The position numbers were made by a program, and so were the translations under genes. From assembly GCF_009914755.1 (NCBI RefSeq), contig NC_060943.1: 64,000 nt of DNA, one strand, 5' to 3'. This DNA comes from the human T2T-CHM13v2.0 reference genome, Homo sapiens. The notes beneath the pieces are model-generated. The model was not told where the DNA came from. It searched no databases and worked only from the letters and a program-made list of their open reading frames with translations. Below are positions 54,050-64,000 of this stretch, one piece after another; position 1 is the stretch's first letter, and every line of letters starts with the position of its first letter.

Positions 54050-55120
54050 ATAGGCTTAAAAAGGTGGCGTGCTGGAGGCAAAAGTCATTTTTGGCAGGGA
54101 TGACGTACGTCCCGAATGTGAGGGCTTGCACCCACGCAGGCACGTGTGTGCTGCTGGCACACAATAGAGTCAGCTTGGACTTTCCAGGGTCCCCCAACGT
54201 TAAACCACTGGCAATGCATTACAGATGTCTCTGATGAGCACCGCCAATCTATTAAACAAAGTGCTCTCATCGCCTCCGAGGGGCCTGAAGAATGATCTAG
54301 AAATCCACCCCCTGGAGGGAAACAGCCTATGAAACATCAAAGACAACACTGAATATTTCATCAGGGATAACAGGACTTTTCTCTTTGTAGCCCTCCCCGC
54401 TTTTCCACTGCCCTGCCTGCCACTGTCTCCCCCCCGCCCTCCCCAATCTTTTTCTCCACTCACTTGACAAGTAGTCACGGCCACATCACTGCCGTCCCGC
54501 TGTCCTTGCACGCTGACCTCTGTACTGTGTGGTGCCCAGTGGTCATGCTGTCCTCGTCTCTCACCAACCACATCTGACAGGAGACGAGGCACTCGTGGCA
54601 GCGGCTCCTGGCACCTGAGACACCCTGGGACTACACAGGTAAACCAGGGGGGTCTGTGTTGTCTCCAGACTAACAACAGAAGGAAAGACATGACATCTCC
54701 AACCAGGAGCCCACGTCCGAATATTCAAAAGGTTCATCATGCGGGAGATGGGGGCGGCCCTCCCGGCTTTCCAGGATGAGGCCTGCAGAAGTCAGGAGGG
54801 ATGACGAGAGGAGGAGGGAGGCCCACACCTGGTCCCGGCCCAATCAGGGGAGAAGAAGAATGCGGGTGTAACAGACCAGCGATGTCAACTCCGGGGTGAG
54901 GGTGCAGGGGAGTGTCAGCCCCTACCCTCTCCAGGGACCCCTCCCAGGCAGGCTTCAGACCCCTAGACATGTGTAGTCACACAGGCAGCTGAGAGATCGG
55001 CTCTTCCTCGGGGACACAGTCGCCACCCAGTCCTGTGGCTCCTTCAGTACCCAAGGAGACAACGAAGGTTGATTAGTCAAAAAAGAAAATAGCTCCTTTA
55101 AAAATGACATGGCGGTTTTG
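54050..55120. promoter_or_regulatory. Candidate promoter/enhancer, GC- and CpG-elevated
   Basis: TGACGTA at ~54101, CACGTG at 54141, CCAAT at ~54244 and ~54840, ACATGGCGG at ~55107. Confidence 0.35.
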
Positions 55121-55854
55121 AGTTGCTATATTTTCTTACAGCTCCTTTTTGGTGAATGTCGGAGTGGAGAAAAAGCATGAAGTATTTTGACTGAAATAAA
55201 TGCTTTCATGGAAAACAGAGAGCCCTAGAGAGTATTCTAAGACTGGAAGAACGTCATACTATTTTAAGCAGGTGACAGTAATGTCACTGTCTGAGGGGTT
55301 AGGGTATTTTTTTTCCCTAGAATTACAAGAGGAAAAAATAAGTTTGCTTTGAATAGAGAAAGTTAAGTAAAGAAATACACTTCCCAGTTGCATGGATAAT
55401 TCATAGACTGCAGTGACATATTTCCCTGCTCTTGGTCTTTGACAAAACTAACCAGTACTATTAGGCAGAGAATGTTTGCTAGCTCCAAGCAGAAAACTAA
55501 ATAAAGTACAAACATACTCTTCAAATCACTCTGATTTTTCCAACTTTCATTACACCACCCACATCAACATGGCTGCAATGCAATTGTTCAAAACCCTATC
55601 CCAGCTCTCCCTCTGTTTATCATGGACAGAGAAGGTCTGGGGAAAATCCGGACAGCACACTTTATCTAATGAGCTTAAAGCTTCTTCCAGGCTACTGGTT
55701 ATTTTCCTTTTCTTCCTTGATAGTACTGAAGAGTCAATAGAAGGGTAGATGGCATTGCATGTTACCTTCTAGTACTACCAGCATTAATGGAGATCCTTCC
55801 TGTTTCAGTACACAGCACTGAAATACACACACACACACACAAAAGAGTCTTGCA

Positions 55855-56172
<318 letters not shown>

Positions 56173-57013
56173 TTACTGCCCACCTCTTCACCCCAGGTTG
56201 CTGGCTGCCATTTGGCAGCTGTTTAAGAGTGGCTCTTGGGAGGGTAGGAGCAGTCCTGTGGCAGCTGTGTTCTTGGGTTCCATGGTGAGGCCATCATGAA
56301 GCCATGGTGAGGCTCCTTCTGGGCCAGGAGCTGGAACGGATGAAGACCCCAGCTCAATAGGTCCCATGGTGGAGTCCCCGCCCCCACTGTCACCACCTCT
56401 CACCTTCCCACGTGCAGGTACACCATCTATCATGAAGAGAAAATGTGCTTTCCACTCCCAGCTCAGCAACAGCACCTGGGGCCAGGAGGAAGAAGAGAGA
56501 GAACAGGGAGGTGACTTCGCTGGGGCCCTGGTGCCTCTGAGCTCAGGAGAATACCCAGAAGATAATATGGACATGTGAAGAGTGGTTCAAGAGCACACCT
56601 CTGCCAGCTGAACTGCTGCTGCTGCTGTACAGTTCTTGGGGCCAGACCAACCTTGAATGCCTTTGAGGACAAAGCCATCCCTCCCTAGATGAGACCCAAT
56701 AATCAGTCTCCTTGGAAACATCTAGCTCCCTGGCAACTACACCCACTCAAGCTGGCCCAGCCCCTCTTGGGGGATGGAAGAGTGCCTCAGATGGATTTGT
56801 ATCAAGAGGCTGTGCTCTGAATCCCCTTATGGGGTCTTGCTAAGCTGGAATCCCACATGAAGTCACACCGTCACGGGGCCTTCTCCACTGGGGCCTCCAC
56901 CACACTGACGCCACTCAAGGTCAGGGACTCTCCAGCTACAAAAGTAAGATTTTCTTCTGAAGAAACCTCACATCCCAATAAGCTCAGAAGGAATAAGATA
57001 ACTGCTTTCATAA

Positions 57014-57345
<332 letters not shown>

Positions 57346-57874
57346 ATCTTGTGTCTGTAAAGCGAGGCCCCAAAATAGTGCACCAGGATGGCATGGGACT
57401 TCAGAGCACTATGTCACCCTGATGCTACAGACCCCTGCTTCCCACCAGCACAGCAGTGGCAGTGTGGCCTGCCACATACACAGGTCATCAGCCCAGAGAG
57501 AGGGCACTCCTCAGAGCTGAAATCCAGAGAAGGGTGGCTGTGCTGCGTACCCTGGGTCCTCATGGGGCTCTAGGAAGGCGGAACTGAGGCCAGCAGCATT
57601 TACTCCAGAGCAGAGAGGAGTTTCAGAATTCACATGAAATAAAACAAAAATCTAAACCCAAGCTGAGATTTCATTACAGAATCCCACTCTAGGGCTGCAG
57701 GAGCCCCCATCCCCACTTTCACTCCACTCCCTTGGCTGTCCAGATGTCCAGGTTGGGTCGCCAGAAAGGCCAGTTGCCCCAAGGCCCCAGAGAATGTTCT
57801 GCTGCTAGGCCAGAGCACCATCCCCAGGACTACTCTCCATGCATGGCCAGCTGCCTAGTTGGGTTTCACCTTGG

Positions 57875-59160
57875 TTATTTGGTGAATATCTATTTGGAGC
57901 ATGTTCTTATCTCAGCAGACACTTCCAATAAGAAGACTGAGCCACCAGGCAGATGTTATAAGCAATGTGAGCTTGTGCTGGAAGAAGAGAGAATCCACCA
58001 GTGTCCTGGGCCCTCCAAGGCCTCTCTGAGGGAAAGACATTTGGACAGAGATGCCAAGGACAAGGAAGAGGCAGTCACCCACCTCTGGGCAAGGTGCAAA
58101 AGCCCAAGATTCACGTTCATGTGTTGCAAGCACAAAAAGAAGATCCTGTGGCTGGAGTAGAGTGAGGAACAGTGAGAATGGTAGGAGCAGAGGGCAGAAA
58201 AGTGGCAAAAACAAGGTCGCATGAGGCCTTGTAAGCCATGGTCAAGAGGTGATATTTTATTTTAAATGAATCCAAAGTAATTGCAAGTTTTTGAGCAAGT
58301 AAGCAAAATGCTCCTTTGCAAAAAAAAAAAAAAAAAAAAAAAAAAAACAAACAAACAAAAAAAAAAACTCTAGGGCTTCAGTAAGGCAAACAAATTGTGA
58401 GTGGGAAAGAGTGGATGCAGGACTTTTAGGCAAGGGTGGGGTCAGGGAAGATGGAGAAGAGAAGACATAAGATGTTTGGAGGTGGAGCCAACAAGATGCA
58501 TTATTGACTAGGTTGCAGGTACCTGGCAGGAGACAGGGGCTTTCTCGACCACTCATGCAAGAGAAGAGTCCAGGATGCTGCTTCAGTCACCTGTCTGTCC
58601 ACAATGACAATGGGGCATGAAAAAATGCCCTAACTCAGGGCATAATAAAATAATTAGCTTTTATTTAGTACACAAGTCTGAACTTTGCATTTTAGGCTGG
58701 GCTCGGCTGGGCAGTTGTTCTGGTTTTGAAAGGGCTCATTCACATGCTGGTGGTGGGTTGGCTGTTAGCTGGGATAAGAGGTAAATGGGCCATTTGGCTC
58801 CCACCCTCCATGTGAGGCTGGCCCAGGCACATCCTCATGGTGAAGGCCAAGGTGGAAAACTGGACCAGCCCAAGCACAAAGCATTTTTCATGCCTCTTCT
58901 CCTGCTTATTTGTTATCGCCCCTTTGGCCAGAGCAAGTCACAGGACAGATCTCAGCATCAAAGTGGGTGGCCCTTATAAAGATAGATGGCCAGGGGTGAG
59001 GACTTAGACCACTCATGCAATCTGTCTACCCACCACACAAGGTCCTAGATGTTTGACTTGAATAACAGGGTAGCTGAAGGTGCCTTTTATTGCCATGGGG
59101 CAAACTGGGAGAGGAATGCATTGTAGATGGCAGGAATCAGGGATTCTATTTTGGCTTAGG
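57875..59160 (-). mobile_element. L2 fragments, interrupted by an MLT1
   Basis: tgtggctggagtagagtgagg...ggccttgtaagccatggtcaagag; resumes at ~59040. Confidence 0.65.
58579..59037 (-). mobile_element. MLT1 (G/H/I-like) MaLR LTR
   Basis: ggctgggctcggctgggcagttgttctgg...ttggccagagcaagtcaca...caatctgtctacccaccaca. Confidence 0.7.
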
Positions 59161-59782
59161 GACCTGCCGGGCAGCTTTATGCTCCCTAAGCACTGAGTGA
59201 GGGCTCATGGGAACTGCTCCATGCCTATGGGTAATTCTGCTCTTCTGGTTTTGAATAAAATTCACTAACCTGGAGTTTCAAAGTCCCAAGAAGGCAAACC
59301 TTCTGATGATGATGCCAGTGAGCCTGCATTCAGGTGACAACATGGCAAAGAGCGGTTCCTCCCCAGTCCCAAAGTGACACCCGTCAGCTGAACAGTGACG
59401 GACATTTGTCACTTGCCAAACAGATTCCTTCTGTCTGTCATGTCCCCATCCTGTCTCCACTGCAGAAGGAGCTGGAGCCTCCTTTTACTGAGAGGCTCTC
59501 CAATCTTATGCTGATCGTTAACTAAGATATTTCTCTCCAGAGATTTATTACATTAATGAGCTCTGAAATTACTCATAGCAATTAAGTATATTGTTTTTAA
59601 ACTCTTCAGAAATCATCAAAACACATTGGTTGTTTTTCAGGGAAACATAAATAAAGGGTACAACTTGTCACCCAATAAATCCTGCAGCCTGCTCTCTTCA
59701 TGTTGGTTTGGGGAGTTTCTGGCCCCTAGTCTCCAAGGTGTGCCTTCACAACTGAAAGGTGTTCCACTAGTGAAACTTGTCC

Positions 59783-59900
59783 TTTTTCTTTCTTTCGTCT
59801 TTCTTTTCTTCCTTTTTCTTTCTTTCTTTTGTTCTCTCTCTCTCTGTGTTTCTCTCTCTGTTTCTCTCTCTCTCTCTCTCTCAACTTTCCTTCTTTCTTT
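59783..59900. repeat. CT-rich low-complexity / (CT)n tract
   Basis: Directly visible. Confidence 0.85.
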
Positions 59901-59902
59901 CA

Positions 59903-60259
<357 letters not shown>

Positions 60260-60329
60260 TCAGGTCCTTCTAGATATTAATAAAAAGGAACTTCTTACAA
60301 TCTGTTTCATTTAGTTTTCACAACTAGAA

Positions 60330-61089
<760 letters not shown>

Positions 61090-62219
61090 TGAGCTTTGAA
61101 CATGCCATCTGCTTGTTTCTAGGCCCCAAACTCCCAAATCTATACTCTAACCACTACCCCACATTCCCTGTGTCCTGCACCCCAGAAAACAAGAAGCTTG
61201 ACAGACGGCAGGGTAAGAAAATTACTGGTACATTTTTCTTTCACTCTTGAAGCTAAAAAAAAGACTTGAGAGCTTCTTACATTCTGAGCCCTTTGGCAGG
61301 ACTTTGTTCACCTTGGTGGGTGATGGGAAGGACAGAGGAGCCCCATCAGGAACACCAGCATGGACCCTGGTGGCCCACCAACACCAGCACACCAGCACAG
61401 CTCTAGTTATTTAAATACATGAGAGGACAATCACAGAATCTTCGCTAGGCTCTGCCGTGGGCTGTGCACTACAGAAAGAGTGCTGACAGTGTGTACAGAG
61501 GAGAAAGGAGAGACCCAAAGTCCCAGGGCTGGAGAAAAACTCACCAGCCAGCCCTTCCTGGAACCCCATGTGCAAGGAAACTAGCTTACTTTTCAGCAGG
61601 AGCCTTTGAGTCTCAAATTCAAGTGAGTTAGCCCTGGTCACTGCAACCCCAGCACAGCCAGAGGGAACTCGGCTTGGAGGGAGGGATGCCTCTTCCACTC
61701 TCCAGCACACTGCAAACCCCCATTCACAGCACAGGATGAAGGCCTCACTCCGGAGCTCAGGGGGATGGCAGTGTCCTGAATGAGATCACAGGACAGGACA
61801 AAGAGAAAGAATGTGGGTCCAGCTCCCTTTCCCATTGGGAAGTGTCTTTGCTTCCCAACTAGAATCTGTAGGCTGCCTGGAGCTCCCCTCCCCATCACTC
61901 CCTGGCACCAGCCATGCTCACTTCATGGGGATACGAAATGTCTCAGTGGTGTGCACCTTAGTTTCTAGCACCGTTAAGGACCCAGATCAAATCCCTTTTC
62001 CTCCATGAAGCTAGGCTATGGGAGGCCTCTCTGAGCTCCATTTGGACTTGCTAAGGTGTCTCATGCTGCCTCAACCACCCCACAGGAGCCCTTTTAGGCA
62101 GGGGGCTGAGCCTTCATAGCTCTCACATCTCCCCATCTCACATGGACACATAGGCCACACTCCAGAAACACTAGCTGTTGGTTCCAAAAGGCAGCCAAAA
62201 CAGAGAAAATTGCAGATTC

Positions 62220-62350
62220 CTGGGGCTGAAAAGGACCTCAGAGACCATCTGGACCATTCTACAGGTGGGAAAACTGATACCCAGAAGGAGAAACTAGACA
62301 AAAAACCTAGATGCAAAGCTAGAGGCTCCTAATCCCAATCCAGGGTTCCT
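62220..62350 (-). mobile_element. MIR fragment
   Basis: ggacctcagagaccatctgg...ttctacaggtggggaaaactga. Confidence 0.45.
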
Positions 62351-63138
62351 GAGCTATTGCAAGCCCATCCCAGCCTTCTTGCATCTACTTGCATTTCTCA
62401 TTGCCCCGTTTGGACCCCCAGAAGTAGCCAACCCAAAGAGCATCAATATCAGAGCCTCTCAGAGTGTGAGGAAGGCACTCTGTAAGTATTAGATGCACAG
62501 TGGCCCAGGGATTTTTTTTAAGTTTAGCAATAATCAATGTTTGCTGCCACCACCATTTCCTCAAGGATTGTAACCCAGAGCCCTTTGCAAGTCCGGGGCT
62601 GTGTGCCATTTGACCTCATTGGTAGGATGGTAACTATAAAAGGCAGTTGTGTTTAAAATGTGTCCATTAAAAATTAAAACCTTCTAGGAGCTTAATGCCA
62701 AATGTGCAGATTCCACCTCCTTCCACTCCCTGCCAAGCATTCCATGCCAATAAAGTGTAATGGTTTTAATATCCTTCAAAATTAACATAGGATAAGGCAA
62801 CCACATTAAAACAGCAATGAACAAATCCCTCCCCCATCCCCCCAAAATAAAGAAACTAACAAAAGGGGATGATTGAGGCTTGGTGGGGTGAGTCCTGAGG
62901 GCAGAAATTCTGGTTACTACAGGAGGTCTCTGAATCCAGACTTGGGAAGAGCTGTTGGGGTATCTCTTGCCAGGGAGAGAAGACTGTGAGAATGAGATCT
63001 TCATTTGCAAGGTATTGCAAAAGCTGGGGTGACTTGCTAGTGCCCATTCAGAAAGCACCCACTAAAACCCCAGCACAAATCAATTCATCCTGAACTGAGC
63101 TCCTGCAAAGAGACATTAAAATTTGTCTGTGCATAATA

Positions 63139-63405
63139 ATGGGAACAGTAGAGACTATAAGAACAGGGAGGGAGTGGGGAAGGACTGAAAAACTACCTAT
63201 CCAGTATCATGCTCACTACCCTGGTTACAGGTCAATCGTACCCCAAACCTTAGTTAACATCATGCAATATACCCACATCACACACCTGCACCAGTACTCC
63301 CTGAACCTAAAATAAAAGTAATGAAACTATTCTAAAATTGATTTTGGTGATAGTTGCAAAATTGTATGAATATAATAAAACCATTGAGTTGTACACCTTG
63401 AAAAA
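63139..63405 (+). mobile_element. L1PB 3' end (63139-63320) abutting an older L1M 3' end (63320-63405)
   Basis: aaaactacctat...ctgaacctaaaataaaagt, then ttctaaaattgattttggtgatagttgc...ttgtacac. Confidence 0.75.
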
Positions 63406-64000
63406 AACAGAAATTTAGAAGTTAATAAGTAAATAAACAAAAACTTAAAAAAAAAATTGTCTATGAATAGCATCCAGCACAGCAGGGCCAGGAAGAGGAG
63501 CTATCGAGGAAAAGGGGGCCCCACCCATCCTCAGGCTCAGCTCCAGCCCCCACCCAGCCCCCCTGCAGCCGCAGAACCCAAGATTCTGAACCTCATCGTC
63601 CCCCCGCCACCAGCTCCAGCCCCATCATACCTCCCACCTCCAAGCAGGTGTATCTTCATTGAAGTGATCCCTTGAAGGAACCAAACAGCTAAACTCAAGC
63701 AAGACCAAGGATCAAAGTGGGGACCACTCAGACCCATATGAACAGAACTGGCCACAGTGACGTGTCCAAGAAAGCCCTTGTCTAAGAGGAGCTAACAATG
63801 GCGCCACAGAGAGGCCACGGCCAGGCTCTCGGGCACCATGATACTACAGAAATAAAGCTAAATTATACCACTTGTCATCATTAAGAAAAATTTTCATCTT
63901 CGTTCTTCATTTGAAAAGCACTATATTTAATGAATGCGTACTGAGTCATGACACGCAAATGACTAAAATACAGGAATTATACTGGGGTCAACTAACGTAT

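Noticed and set aside
58547-59020. 14-mer gaccactcatgcaa repeated ~460 bp apart around the MLT1
   Set aside because: Too long and misplaced for a MaLR TSD, and too short to call a duplication with confidence.

Overview
Non-coding simian-primate genomic DNA, human or a close relative, as shown by AluJ/AluS, L1PA/L1PB, THE1/MST/MLT and MER41. It is intergenic or deep intronic, and I could not identify the locus from sequence alone. I find no credible protein-coding gene, processed pseudogene, tRNA/rRNA/snRNA or CRISPR array. The long ORFs in the track come from simple repeats, Alus or L1 ORF2 remnants, or are unrecognisable chance ORFs. The window holds (i) interspersed repeats, several in nests that can be ordered by their target-site duplications (TSDs); (ii) three long purine/pyrimidine tracts; (iii) a ~10 kb block (19.8-29.8 kb) with no recognisable transposon, rich in homeobox/POU/FOX/TCF motifs and CpG-retaining patches, typical of developmental enhancer landscapes; (iv) a CpG- and palindrome-rich promoter-like element at 31.7-32.2 kb; and (v) several local duplication or fold-back scars. 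The most notable scar is a 134-bp copy of a splice-donor-bearing segment pasted into an L2 3.2 kb away. I see no evidence for a new multi-gene system; the best leads are regulatory and genome-repair features. Repeat subfamily calls come from recalled consensus sequences, and boundaries of old repeats (MIR, L2, LTR16, MLT1) are approximate.
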